Of a stretch of DNA of 64,000 bases, positions 12,554 to 25,567 are shown piece after piece. The stretch spans positions 22,754,001-22,818,000 of the forward strand of contig NC_043013.1 in the NCBI RefSeq assembly GCF_006345805.1, in the 5' to 3' direction. Made by a program: the position numbers and the translations under genes. The notes beneath the pieces were generated by a model. It was not told the origin of the DNA, ran no database searches, and saw only the letters and a program-made list of their open reading frames with translations. Source of the DNA: Octopus sinensis. Its lineage: Eukaryota. The stretch's first letter is position 1; each line of letters opens with the position of its first letter.

Positions 12554-13109
12554 TATATATATATATATATAGAAATATATATATTATATAATTATATATA
12601 TATATTAATTTCAGCAAAACAATCAAGATTCAAATGAATTCAAATGAATATGGTACTTAACTAGATGCACCAGAATTCTCTATGGTATTAACCATAAATT
12701 ATGGGGGTGATTATAACCAGCAGAAAAAATACAAAGTTTTTAAATTGATTATTAACATCACAGAGAAGATAAATCTACTCATAAAGATGTGGATATAAGT
12801 TCCAAGAGACATGAGGAAAGATGCTGGTCATACCACGGTTAAGTTCGCATCTAACTGTTGCAGACAAAATTCTATAGTCTGCTTGGAATCTTACTTCAAA
12901 TTCATGGAACTCCCTCCTATAACTTCATAAGGATATTTACACTCTCTAAGATGTTTGGAAAACCTATATGTGCATTAGCTGATGAATACTTGACATTATA
13001 TTTGCTGTAATATTTGCAGCTTTAAATAAAATGTTTATAGTATGAAACAATTGTACTAAACTACCGATCCATTCTTGTTGCTTTTTTTTTTGGCTTTTAT
13101 ATATATATA

Positions 13110-13378
13110 TATGTAAGACAAAATGAATAAATGCGCCCTTTTTAAAGCCTAGCCAGTCTCATGGGCCCGGTTTCCCGGTTTCAATGCCGTATGTGTTCCC
13201 CAGCTGGACGGGACGCCAGTCCATCGCAGCGTTACTCATTTTTACCAGCTGAGTGGACTGGAGCAACGTGAAATGAAGTGTTTTGCTCAAGAACACAACA
13301 CGTCGCCCGGTCCAGGAATCGAAACCACAATCTTACGATCATAGTACTGACACCCTAACCACTAAGCCACGCGCCTCC
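13110..13378 (-). mobile_element. Meta-domain tRNA SINE
   Basis: Reverse complement of tRNA head plus cttgagcaaaacacttcatttcacgttgctccagtccactcagctg. Confidence 0.85.
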
Positions 13379-13971
13379 ACATAATATGTATGTATGTATG
13401 TATATATAATTATTAAAGAGGACAACAAAAGTTAACACAAGGCAAACATCGCCTGTGAACAAAACCCCCATATTTTGTACATGTATGTATGTATATACAT
13501 ATATAAATATATCTGTATGTGAATTTATGAACATATCTGTGTGCATACGTATTTCGAATACATTATATGTTTGCACGCACACGCGCACGCACACGCGCAC
13601 GCACACACACAGAAGGAGAAAAAGACAGACAGAGAGAGAGAGAGAGAGAGAGAGCAAGTGGCAGATAGGTTGCTTTGCTTAATTTTGGAAAGGAAATATT
13701 TTACGGTGAGAACCAAGAGTAAAGCTAATAATAACTGTTTTAAAGAAATGCACTAAAATCAACTGAAATCAATATTATTTGATCATCAATAAAACAGAAA
13801 ACTAAATTCGTTAGTTTGACATTCAGTGCTTTGAAGCAAAACACGAGTAATAATAATAATAATAAAAGGCTGTTGTTCATAGTCATTTCTCTTCGTTTTA
13901 TTACGGGTGCCAGTAAGCTGAGTAGTAAGAATAAATCTTTATATACTTTCTAGTATAATGGTTAGTATAAT

Positions 13972-14150
13972 CATCATCATCATCCTCATCATCATCATCA
14001 TTGTCGTTTAACGTCCGCTTTCCCTGCTGGCATGGGTTGGACGGTTTGACTGAGGACTGGCGAGCCAGATGGCTGCACCAGGCTCCAATCTGATCTGGCA
14101 CGGTTTCTACAGCTGGATGCTCTTCCTAATGCCAACCACTCTGAGAGTGC
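13972..14150 (-). mobile_element. SINE/LINE 3' tail ending in (ATG)n, RTE-like (second copy at 25885-26090)
   Basis: (CAT)n-cgtttaacgtccg...ctggatgc(c/t)cttcctaa(c/t)gccaaccactc occurs at both loci. Confidence 0.7.
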
Positions 14151-14190
14151 ATAATTTTAGAATATTAATTCATACATATATATGTGTAAG

Positions 14191-14554
14191 GGTGGCTGTG
14201 TGGTAAGTAGCTTGCGTCCATTCTTTAAACTTTGATAAGAGGTTCAATACCTCATTTTGTGTTGCTGAGAAAAAGAATGTTTACGGGAAGCAGCAATCGA
14301 CGGGCGTTGTCTGCTTCGCCCACCAGTCACTTTTTCATTTTTTTTCATTCCATTATCATTTGTGTGTTTGTCTAGGCCACAGCTACATCTTTGTAAGGCT
14401 GTATGGCCAATTTATGAAATAAAGTAGCTTGTTTACCAACCGGTTTCAGTCCCACTGCGTAACAACTTGGGTAAGTGTCTTCTACTATAGCCTCGGGCCG
14501 ACCAAAGCCTTGTGAGTGGATTTGGTAGACGGAAACTGAAAGAAGCCCGTCGTA

Positions 14555-14624
<70 letters not shown>

Positions 14625-14850
14625 GTATGTATGTATGTCTATATGTTTGTGTGTCCGTGTTTGTCCCCCAACATTGCCTGACAACCGATGCTGGTATGTT
14701 TACCTTCCCGTAACTTAGCGGTTCGGCGAAAGGAACAGATAGAATAAGTATTAGGTTTAAAGTGAATAAGTTCTGAGATCGCTTTGCTCGACTAAACGCG
14801 GTGCTCCAGCATGGCCACAGTTAAATGACTGAAGCAAATAAAAGAATATG
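14191..14850 (+). mobile_element. CORE-domain SINE (OR1/OR2-like) with internal (TA)n, its head interrupted by a 207-bp insertion
   Basis: CORE-like a(c/a)cttggg(c/t)aagtgtctt and the family tail gcggtgctccagcatggcc; insertion flanked by aagtagcttg duplication. Confidence 0.85.
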
Positions 14851-15025
14851 TGCAGACGCACACTTACACACACACACCACACACACACGCATGCACGCAC
14901 ATGGATATACACACATACACATCTAATCCTTAGTCTTCCATACAACGACATCAGTGCGAATGTGCTTACATGCGTCTATGCGAAACATTTGCATGCATGA
15001 GTGAATGTGTATGGACTGGTATGTA

Positions 15026-15900
15026 TCAGGTCATCCCATAAATTTTGTCCGAATTTTGAATAAAGAAAACAACTGATCAAATGTTATATTTAATTGAAAT
15101 TTAATCATCAATGTACTTTCCCTGATTATCTATGACTTACTTCCATCTATTTACAAGCTTTTTAATCCCATCAATGTAAAACTCTTTTAGTTTCAAAGCG
15201 AAGAACTCTGAAATGTCAGTTTCGACCTCCTCCTGGCTTGAGAAAATTATGTCCCCCAAATGATTCTGTAAACTACGAAACAAATGGTAGTCTGAAGGAA
15301 CAAGGTCGGGAGAATAAGGTGGATGAGGAATTTTTCCCAACCAAGCTCTTCGATCTTCTGTGATGTGATCTTTGCAGTGTGGGGTTGCACATTGTCCTGA
15401 TGTAACTTCACTCCTTTTCGATTCACTAAAGCGGGTCTTTTTTTCTTCAGAGCTTGGTTCAAACGTTCTAATTGCTGACAGTAGACTTAAGCATTGACTT
15501 GTTGCATTAGGTGGTAACAATTCAAAGTGAATTACTCCTTTGCAATCTCACCAGATAGAGAGAACCTTTTCCCCATGAAGTTCCCTTCTCGGTTGTGGTT
15601 GAGCTTTTTCCCTTTTACCAAGCCACTGTTTACGACGTTTAACATTCCGATAGAAGATACATTTTTCGTCACCAGTCACAAGTCTATCCAAAAAGGGTGA
15701 AATGAGTTCGCGAGAATGGAGAGAAGAGCAGATATCAACTCAGGATTTGCAGTTGCTTTCGGACAATTCATGAGGCATTCATTTTCCAAGTTTAGGAACC
15801 TTTCCAAGTTGTTGAAGATAGCGATGAATAGCTGTATGGTTTCAACTAAGCTTTATTGCCAATTCTTCAACTGATAATGCAGAATTTTCTTCAAAAACCT
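15026..15900 (-). mobile_element. Degenerate mariner DD34D transposase with 3' TIR
   Basis: Minus strand LDRLVTGDEKCIFY, LHGEKVL..W, LNQALKKKRPALVNRKGVKLHQDN, HPPYSPDLVPSDYHLFRSLQNHL; TA plus tcaggtcatcccataa terminus. Confidence 0.92.
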
Positions 15901-16614
15901 AGCTAGATCTGTGTCTCCAAAGCAAGCAATTATTAGTAGCTCGTATCCTTAAAATGTGTACATTAAATTATATACACAGATACATACATATATATATACA
16001 TACATACATACATACACGCATATCCCCCCCACCCACCCCCACACAGGAGAGAGGCAGAGAGCGAGTGAGAAGGATCGATCCTGCTGCTTAACACTGGTAC
16101 TTTATTTTTAGATTCCCAAAGGACAAGGGCAAAGTTGACCCCTCGACCTGTTTTGAACTCGGAGCATGGCTGATGATGCTTAATATATATGCATCTATCA
16201 ATTCACAAGTCTTCATATATATGCATAAATATAAATGCATGTATACACTCTCATGGTCCTGGGTTCAGTCCCATTGCGTGGCACCTTAGGCAAGTGTCTT
16301 CTGCTACAGCCTCACGCCGACCGAAGTGTGAGGGAGGATTGTGTCCTTGATTGAGGCCGTTCATTTTATGTTGCTCCTGTCTCTACTTCTGAAAAGAGTT
16401 CAGGCTTAGGGCTGGCATAACGATCGTTCTTTCCAGCTTCGATGTTGGGCTTGGAGACGACCGGGAGGGCCAAAAGGGTGTTTGTGCAATGTCACGATTA
16501 AAGAAACCCTTAAAACAATTTGCAGAATCATGCATCATGCCCTCAAATCATATTTGCTCACAAGCGACGGCTATGGTTTAGGTACACACACATACATGTA
16601 AGCACTTATATAGT

Positions 16615-16830
16615 GGAGGTGCGTAGATCAGTGGTTAGCGTGTTGCACCAATGACCGTAAGATTGTAGTTTCGATTCTTGGACCTGGCAATGCGTTGTGC
16701 TCTTGAGCAAAACGCTTCATTTCATCTTGCTTCAGTCCCCTCAGCTGGTGGAAACGAGTAATCCTGCGACAGACCGGCGTTCCGTCCAGGTGGATGGGGG
16801 ATATATGCGTCACATTATCTGGGAAGAAAC
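16615..16830 (+). mobile_element. Meta-domain tRNA SINE (older copy)
   Basis: tRNA head plus ttgtgctcttgagcaaaacgcttcatttc. Confidence 0.75.
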
Positions 16831-16894
16831 CGAACTTTTGAACTCAGGAAGGACGCATGATCCTTTTTTCTATACATACATATGTATATGTATG

Positions 16895-16963
<69 letters not shown>

Positions 16964-16985
16964 TATGTGTGTGTGTGTATATGTA

Positions 16986-17016
<31 letters not shown>

Positions 17017-17019
17017 GAA

Positions 17020-17790
17020 CATCAGTCTCCTTATCGCCGATGACGTCTCATATGGCCCCCTAAGGCCTGCAAGGGACTTACAGATCATTCTGCACTGACC
17101 ACAAGTTAGCACCACCACCACCAGCAGAAGCCTGACCGACTGAGTGTTGAAAGTTACAATGGCGAGCAAACCCACTGACCGACCCATACACTCTGCTACA
17201 CAAGGTACCCGAGAGAATATACCGGACATGACGTTAGTGGACGGAATCGCCTCCGTGACGACACTGAGTAGGTCTGTCTTTGAGAAGCAGACACAATCAC
17301 ACTGGTCAAACGACAAACACTGTTTCATGTCCTTCACAAGAAAGAAGCTTCACATCCTCCATATATTTAGCAGCGTGCATCAACTCAGTTTATGCAACCC
17401 TGTCGTTCTCGAATTCTTTAACCCTTGTAGCGAGTCGATTCCTCCACAGCTCCTTATTTGATGCAAGATCTTCGCAGGTGTTGGTATCACCATTGATTAT
17501 TTTAAGTGTGTCTTTAAGATTGTTTTTCAAACGTATGCGTAGCTTACACTTGAGACATTTTCCTTGCTCCAACTTCCCGTACAAAACCTGTTTTGCCATG
17601 CGAATGTCCTCTGAACGGACAAGATTGCCGACCATTTAAGTTGGGGATTCAAGATCACAGTCTCGATTCTCGCCATTTTTGCCAACTGCAATACTCTCAC
17701 TGGACGGATTTTTTTTCTTGACTTTACCTTAACGGAACCGAAATATTGCTTGGAGTACATGGCATTTTATATAAATCCGACAATTTATTG
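17020..17790 (-). mobile_element. RTE-clade LINE 3' remnant
   Basis: IETVILNPQLKW..GNLVRSEDIRMAKQVLYGKLEQGK...LKDTLK...EDLASNKELWR followed by a decayed C-x2-C zinc-finger-like tail; typical RTE ORF2 C-terminus. Confidence 0.85.
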
Positions 17791-18029
17791 TATCTCTATA
17801 GTATGAAACTATTTGTAGTTCTTTTGTAAATTGTGTCTAGTCAGTGATACTCATCTCTTAGCGGATGCAGTACTTTTTGTGTTCATCCTACCTAGAACCA
17901 AATATACGTATGTACACTCCTACTTATATACACGCATTTAAACCTAGAAGCCAGTATAAAAAGTATTTATATATAAGGAAATTATTTCTCCGTATTATTC
18001 GCTAATTACACGATGTCTTTTTGCTCTAA

Positions 18030-18821
18030 TTTTTCTCACACTTTAGCATCTCTTATTTTTTCTTTCTTCTCTTAATTCCCATCTCCTCTTTCTTCCCACT
18101 CATTGTTACTTATATATTTGCCTTCAAGTAATCATCGACTTTTCTCTTATTTTTTCACCATTCTCATCACTGTCCCTAATTACCCTTTTTTCTCTTGTTT
18201 TTCCCTCCTCTCCTTTTTCCTCAAGCCCTCGTTCGTCATCGAGATTCCTCGTCCCTTCTCTTTCTTTCTTTCTCTTTCCCTTTCTCGTTCACCCTCAAAA
18301 TATTTGCACATACGTCGTCCTTTACTCTACATAATACAACTATAAAATCGTTCGAAATATTCCTAAACTCTCTCACTTCCGTTTTAATTAAGGAACACAT
18401 ATTAGTTAATGGAGCCTTTGATATCCAAATATACGAGATGGTCACGTTTGGAACATATTTCGTCATAGAACCGCCCGATCAAAGCTGGCCAATCGCTAAA
18501 AAGCAGCTAAACACACACACACACACAGAGGAACACACTCCCTCTCTCTCTCACACACACTCTCTCTTTCACTCTCCCTCTCACACAATTACTCTCTCTC
18601 ATTCTTCCCCTCTCTCACTCTTCCTCTCTCACCCTCTCTCTCTCTCTCTTCTCCATCTTCATTATGTCTATCCCCCCCCCATTTTTATCCACATCCTTCT
18701 TCCCCTTATTTCCTTCTCCCCTCCTCTGGCTCCCTGTCTTAAACCGTATATAATCATATAACTCCATTCTACATAGGATCAAAGGCAAATTTCTCTCTCA
18801 CTTTGTCACCCTCATTCTCTC

Positions 18822-18862
<41 letters not shown>

Positions 18863-19555
18863 CTTCATCCTCCTTTTATTTGCATATATATTCCACACAC
18901 ACGCACACACACACTGTGTCTTAGTTTCTCTCCTCATCCTTTATCGTTTCAATATTTATTTCCTTGTAAATCTCCACCTCAGTCGACTCCATTCGATCCA
19001 TTACTTTTTATTAAACACACCTACATTGCCACACTCAAAATCTTATGCACAGGTACATTCTCTCTCCCCTCTCTCTCTCTCTCTTCCTCTCTTTCCTTTT
19101 CTCTCCCTCCCTCTGTCTCCTTTTCTCTCACACACATACTCATATACATAACCCCTCCACTCGCACACTAACCCATCTATTAGAGTTCTTCCTTTATTCG
19201 CTTTCATTGTGGCCGCCCACTGCTTCGTGGACTATCTTCTCCCTCCTCTCTCTCTTTCTCTCTGTCTCTCTTCTTATATATATATATATCTAAATACACA
19301 CACACACACACCTTTCAGTGCTTCTCTCTTTCGTCCTCTTCACCTCTAGTATTTTATTAACGTTTCTCTCTCTTTATCTCTTTCTTAAACTAAAATTAAT
19401 GTCCTCCTCTTCTTCTTTTTTCTTCTTTCTCGCAGCCACACACTAACTCACCAACTTCACACACACACACACAAACCCCCCACACCCTCACTTTCTCTCT
19501 TTTGCATCTCTCACTCTCTTTTCTTCACCTCCCTATTTATTTCCTCTACCTTCTA

Positions 19556-19601
<46 letters not shown>

Positions 19602-20260
19602 GCTTTTCCGCATCTTTCCTTCTTCCTCTTTCACCACTCTTTTACTCTTCCTCTTTTTCTCGTCTTTCACTTTCATTTTTCTCTCACTATTTCTCCAGTT
19701 ACTTCACACACTTTCTCTAGAAGCTTCCTCTCTTCTTCTCCCCCCTCTCTCTCGATCCAAACTGCTCGCTCCTTTTATATTTCCTTTCCCATTCTTACAC
19801 ACACGCAACACACCACATTCTCTCTCTCATCTCTCTCTCTCTCTCTCTCTCTCTCCTTTTCTTGTCTTACAAGTTCCTACTTACCTATTCTCATATTTTT
19901 CCCTTTCGGTTTCTTCGTTTCGGTCTAACCCCCTCTTCTTAACACTCACATTTTCTTTCTCTCTCTCTCTCTCTTACACACACACACATGCATGTACACC
20001 CACAGACACACACTCACTCACACACTCTCACACCCTCTTCTCACTCTCTCTGTTGTTATTCCTTCTCTTCTTCACTATTCCCATCCATCCACCACCTTTC
20101 TCCTCTCCCCTATTACCTCTCTCATATCAACTCTCTCACTATTCCTCTCCATTCCATTGCTCCTTCCTCTCTTTCCCATCTCATTTCTCTCCACTTTCAT
20201 TTTTCTCCCTCGTCTTCCACGTCTTCTAATCCTAGTCTTAAGGCCATCATTCAATTGAAA
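18030..20260 (+). repeat. About 2.2-kb strand-asymmetric CT-rich low-complexity tract
   Basis: Dense (CT)n, (CA)n and oligo-pyrimidine runs with very few G on the + strand. Confidence 0.9.
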
Positions 20261-22323
20261 GAGAAATATCTGCTATTGATTTCTGGAATGTTCCGAAACT
20301 TCTCTTTGATTTCGTCTCGTTAAAACCTAACCGCAGGACCTGTTCCTCTATTGATCGACTGCTTATTTCTTATGATAATAATTCAACATCGCCTATTAGC
20401 CAGTTGGCTGGTTGGTTGTTGGTTGGTTGGTTGGTTGGTTGATTGGTTGGTTGGTTGGCTGGCTGGCTAGCTGGCTGGCTTGGTTGGCTTGGTCGGCTTA
20501 GCAGGTAGAGTTGCTAGGAAGAATTAGTCTAGATAGGTAACCGAGCTAATTAACGGATTGGTTGGTTGCCACCCTTGGTCGTCCCTGATTAAGCAGTTCT
20601 GCTACGAAAGACATCCCATCGGCACCGTTCTGTCTGCCCCGTCCGTTGTGTCCTCTCCATTTAATTTTATAACGGTTGGGTGCTTTTATAGCTTTATACA
20701 GAAGAAAGGGATTGTGCTCGTGACCTTCGCAGACCTTTCTACATTGGTAAGAGTGGTTCAGTTGATTTTTAGTTTGAACAGTTACAAGTCAACGCGTGTG
20801 TGGAGAAATGTGGTAGGGAACTTCATTTCAGAGAACCGACGTTCTGACGAGAAAAAAACGGATGTGACGGAAGCCCTGCATCGTGGTAGTAAGCAACCAG
20901 TTAGCACTGAGGACCAAGACCTATTGTAATTGTAACAAAAGCACCAACGTGATTTGCTAATGTGTCTGTTTGTCGGTTAGACGGCATTGAACGAAGGAAT
21001 TCTTGCCAAATGACTTTATTTTGGATTAGTCCAATGATGCTGTATGTGTCTAAAGGAGCAATATTCTCTTGTACGCTTCATTTAGGCTTTTGTATTTCCT
21101 AACTCTAAAAGATTAGGCTAGTGGCTGAAACGTAGGTTTGAGGAATATTTTTGCCAGTTCTTCTAGAGAAATCATCAATGATTTTGAAGCCAAAAATTTG
21201 TAGAGATTTTTAGTTTTTGTGGCATATTTAAAGTTGGTTTGAAGTTTGTGTCGTTATGTACAATTTCAAAAATTTAAACTGTTGCAGACATTTTTTGAAA
21301 TCAAAAGATTTCGTGGCCCTTTCTACAAAAGGGATTCAGTACCATTTCTCTCTAATGCAAATTGTTTTTATCATTATTACTTTAAAGATGTTGGTTTTGT
21401 TCTTATTCTGTCTTCGACTCCTTCTTTCCTATCTTCATACTTCATCTCTATACGATCTTTTGGCTTTTACATGGCTTTCTCTCGATCATATAACAGGCTA
21501 TACATATGGCTTTCGATTTTAAGTTACATTATTGCTCCAATTTAAAATTGATTGAATTCCTTGAATTCTTATCATGTCCTCTCATACATTACAAATCGTA
21601 TTTCGTCCTTTATTTTTAAGAATTTTTTTCTGTTTGTGTGTTCATCTTGTTTTTGTTTTCATTATACTCTATGGGGAGAATACAACTCCCTATCTAATTT
21701 CTTATTTTACTACATGTTTTTCAATCGTTCCTCTCCTTTCCTATGCATATATATACACATATATATTTACCTCTATATGGTATAGTATCTGTGGCTTGTA
21801 CCAACGTTTAGCGTCTACCTCCATCTCTAATCAGTTTTCCCTTTTCTTTATGTTGTCTGGCCTTTCAATCTCTTTCAATCTCTATAACAAATTTATTTAT
21901 TTGTGGTACTCATTCGTCCCTATTTTTTCTAAAGTTTTGTTCTGTTTATTTTCCTTAAATTCCTAATTCCTTAATTTCTAAACCGATTTTTCATTCCTCC
22001 TTTCCATAGCAAATAATATAACAAATATTCTGTACCAGTACAATGCGATTCAGTTTATTCTCTTTTATTTGTCTTTCCTTCACTCGTTTTCAATTTTTAA
22101 ATCCTTCTGAAATGTCAATCGTATTATCCAACAAATTCCATTAAATCTGAAATGTCATAACTTCATGTTTAATCAGCTTTAAACATTTGTTTGATGAAAC
22201 GCTAAATAATTATCACTGCATGGTTTACAAACATGTATAAACCATTGAATTGTTCTGCCCGAAGAACGCTTTCGTAACACTTGGAGAAACAGTTTATAAG
22301 TTCTCCAACATCAATAAAACACA

Positions 22324-22396
<73 letters not shown>

Positions 22397-23129
22397 ACTA
22401 CCTGTCTGTCTATCTGTCTGTCTGTCTGTCTACATATTCCACACACAACACATAATCTATATAAAAAAGGGAGGAATATATATTACAGAAAAGTCTTAAA
22501 GAGAAGCTCAAAATTAATTAAATACGAATAGCCCTGGTTATTGTAATTATATGTACAGCCCTGATTAATTTAATTAATCAGGGAAATTCCCATAGATCCG
22601 ATTAATTGAATTAATAAGGGCCATTCTATGTCCCCGCTCTGAACAAAGCAAGACGAAATGGAAGAATTTCGAAGATGACAAGCGAATCAGATATGTATAT
22701 ATTATAATTAATCTGGGGAATCGTTTAATGTTTCGATATGTGGATAAGATCCTCGTATCCCACCAACTGATGGAAGCAAAACGGAATGTTGGCGACATAT
22801 AGGCATACGCTGTATATGTGTGCTAATATGTCGCCAGCATTCTGCTTTGTGTGTATAGTTTATATCCGTGTGCCGGAGATCAACACAAAACAAATGGAAC
22901 GAAAAGACGAGGACGAAGCGAGAGTTGTAAATGTGTGTGTGTGTGTGTGCGCATCCTACTTTTTCTTCCCACTCTATATATTTGTAAACATACATTCACA
23001 CATATGCATATATGTATATGTGTGTGTGCGTCTGTCTGTTTGAGTGTGTGTGTGTCTGTCCGTCTGAGTGTGTGTGTGTGTGCGTGCGTCTTATTTACCA
23101 GTGTGGCCGTGTCTTCAAGAGAGGCAACA

Positions 23130-23645
23130 GTTGCATTAATTCTAGAAAATGGCACATTCATTGGAATAAGCAAATGACAGCTTTGAGATGTTTTGCAAAC
23201 AACTTGCACATGCAAGTGCTATCTGTCGAGGACTCCGCATACCGGAAGCCAGCAAATGTATGGGGTCATCAGGAGAGAATGCGCGCCGTGTCAGGGCTTA
23301 CCTCTCGACAGCATCCCTGCGCACTGATATGAGGTACCGCTTGCTAAATCAACTGTTTATCGAATATAGCTCAATATTCTTTTAGCCATTGCTCATCGTC
23401 TCTTTTTAACCAAATCCAGTAGCTAGCCTTTTCCACAGTAGTTTGGATATCGGTCATGGTGGTATTGACTTTACGATGAGTTAGGCCTAACGATAACATC
23501 AGTCGCCTCACACTATGACCAACAAATCCCCTACATCCGACTTCGATTGGAAAATGCTCCGCTTTCCAGCCTGCGTCTTCACATTCCTCGAGGAGTTTTC
23601 CATAACGGTCAATCTTTCGAGCCCGAGCGGCGTCCATGTTATCCT
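23130..23645 (-). mobile_element. HERO-like (R2-superfamily) non-LTR retrotransposon 3' end with restriction-like endonuclease C-terminus and 3' UTR
   Basis: DNMDAARARKIDRYGKLLEECEDAGWKAEHFPIEVGCRGFVGHSV...EKASYWIWLKR..W matches the RLE tail 'RK..KY..L...C...GW...P+EVG.RGF'; frame intact over 88 aa. Confidence 0.85.
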
Positions 23646-23857
23646 TTCTCTTGTTTCAGTCATTAGACTGCGGCCATGCTGGAGCACCGCCTTGAATAAT
23701 CTTTAGTCGAATGAATCGAGGCCAGTACTTTTCTTTTTAAAAGCCTTCTACTTATTATATCGGTCTGCCGAACCGTTAAGTTACGGGGATCTTAACCCAG
23801 CAACACCGATTGACAAGGGAGAACCGATTGTGGGGGAGAACAAACACAAAAACAAAC

Positions 23858-23893
<36 letters not shown>

Positions 23894-24050
23894 GCACACG
23901 CATACTTACACACATACACGACGGCCTTCTTTCAGTTTCCGTCAACCAAATCCATTCACAAGGCGTTAGGCGGCTGGAAGCCATAGTAGAAGACACTTGC
24001 TCAAAGTACCACGCAGTGGGACTGAATCCGGAACAACGTGGTTGGGAAGC
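23646..24050 (-). mobile_element. CORE-domain SINE
   Basis: Reverse complement of the family body and tail; abuts the HERO fragment. Confidence 0.8.
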
Positions 24051-24499
24051 TTCTAAATATCTTAGTAAATTTCACATTTTTTAAATTTTATAGTAAAATA
24101 TTACATTGCGGTCTTAAAGGCAAAGATCAATAATTGGCAAGTATGATGCTGCTATTCTCTTACCGAAAATGATGGTCTCAAGATTATACAAAATACAGAA
24201 GCATGTGTGCCGACAAAAATTTTTTAAAGTTATTTATAACAATTTTTACTGTGCACTGAACTGTATAATGAGAATTCTGCACGCTTATACCGAAACGGTG
24301 CTACTATAGTTTCCAAAAATATTACAATATTAATTGCTAAACGTTGCAAAGTTTAGATTATCATGATTCTAGACATTTCTGTCATAACATTTATCGCAAA
24401 ACTTCGCTCCATAAGAATTTCTTTGTTTCCTGTAGTTATTCACCAGTATTTTACGTTTCTTACTATTTCTCGTCTTGCTTAAAGCAACGTAAATCTAAT

Positions 24500-24742
24500 C
24501 ACTTTACTCTCTTTACTCTCTTAACTCTTTTTACTCTTTTACTTGTTTCAGTCGTTTGACTGTGGCCATGCTGCAGCACCACTTTTAGTCGAGCAAATCG
24601 ACTCCAGGACTTATTCTTTGTAAGCCTAGTACTTATTCTACCGGTCTCTTTTGCCGAACCGCTAAGTTACGGGGACGTAAACACACCAGCATTGGTTGTC
24701 AAGCGATGTTGGGGGGACAAACACAGACACACAAACATACAC

Positions 24743-24782
<40 letters not shown>

Positions 24783-24980
24783 ACACACATATATATATAT
24801 GTATATATACTTATATACGACGGGCTTCTTTCAGTTTCCGTCTACCAAATCCACTCACATGGCTTTGGTCGGCCCAAGGCTATAGTAGAAGACACTTACC
24901 CAAGGTGCCACGCGGTGGGACTGAACCCGGAACCACGTGATTGGTAAGCAAGCTACTTACCACACAGCCACTCCTACGCC
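24500..24980 (-). mobile_element. Full-length CORE-domain SINE
   Basis: Head, CORE, microsatellite middle and (ctctttta)n tail all present; about 390 bp upstream of the DIAL exon. Confidence 0.9.
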
Positions 24981-25210
24981 TAAACAAACTCCTATGTTAA
25001 TCCTCTCGCAGTTTCTCTTTCTCTCTTTTCTAGTCAGGGCAGGTAATAAACAGTCCATCCCTCTGCTTTTATGTTGCTTCTGCTGTCATTCGGTCCCTAT
25101 TTGTCGTTTGGTAGCTCACTATTGCCACACTGTCTCCCTAATGTTATTGCAAATAAATACACATTGCTAATTCTGCGCGCGCGTGTGTGTGTGTGTGTGT
25201 GAGTGTGTAA

Positions 25211-25246
<36 letters not shown>

Positions 25247-25366
25247 TCACTCAAACGGGGCTGTCTAGCATGCAAACAAACGTCTGATTGGCAAAGAGTT
25301 CTTCCGTTTTTCACCCCAAGTCATTGTAGTTGCAACTCTCTTTTATATATTTTGTATCTCTTACAG

Positions 25367-25525
25367 ATTACCATTACTATGACATCGCCCTGGTGAAGAT
25401 ACCCGACGTACTAAAACACTTTCAAATTGCGGTCAACCCACACATCCTGCCTTCATCGTCCACTGGCAAAATGTCCTTGGTTGGCAAAACCTGTAACAGT
25501 TACGGATGGGGATGTACAAAATATG
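25367..25525 (+). CDS. Internal exon of the same peptidase S1 gene carrying catalytic Asp102 (DIAL) and GWG; (D)YHYYDIALVKIPDVLKHFQIAVNPHILPSSSTGKMSLVGKTCNSYGWGCTKY(G)
   Basis: Acceptor tttgtatctcttacag, donor atg|gtgcgt, 159 nt, phase 1-1. DIALVK, LP and C..YGWG.T are chymotrypsin-fold hallmarks. A phase-1 intron just after GWGxTxxG resembles the vertebrate trypsin/kallikrein intron position. Confidence 0.92.
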
Positions 25526-25567
25526 GTGCGTTTTTAAACAGAAACTTAATTCATCTATTCACTCCTA

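Noticed and set aside
20500-22200. Long complex AT-rich stretch possibly from a LINE (endonuclease or ORF1) on the - strand
   Set aside because: Many stops and no motif I could identify with confidence; left unannotated pending tBLASTx against repeat libraries.
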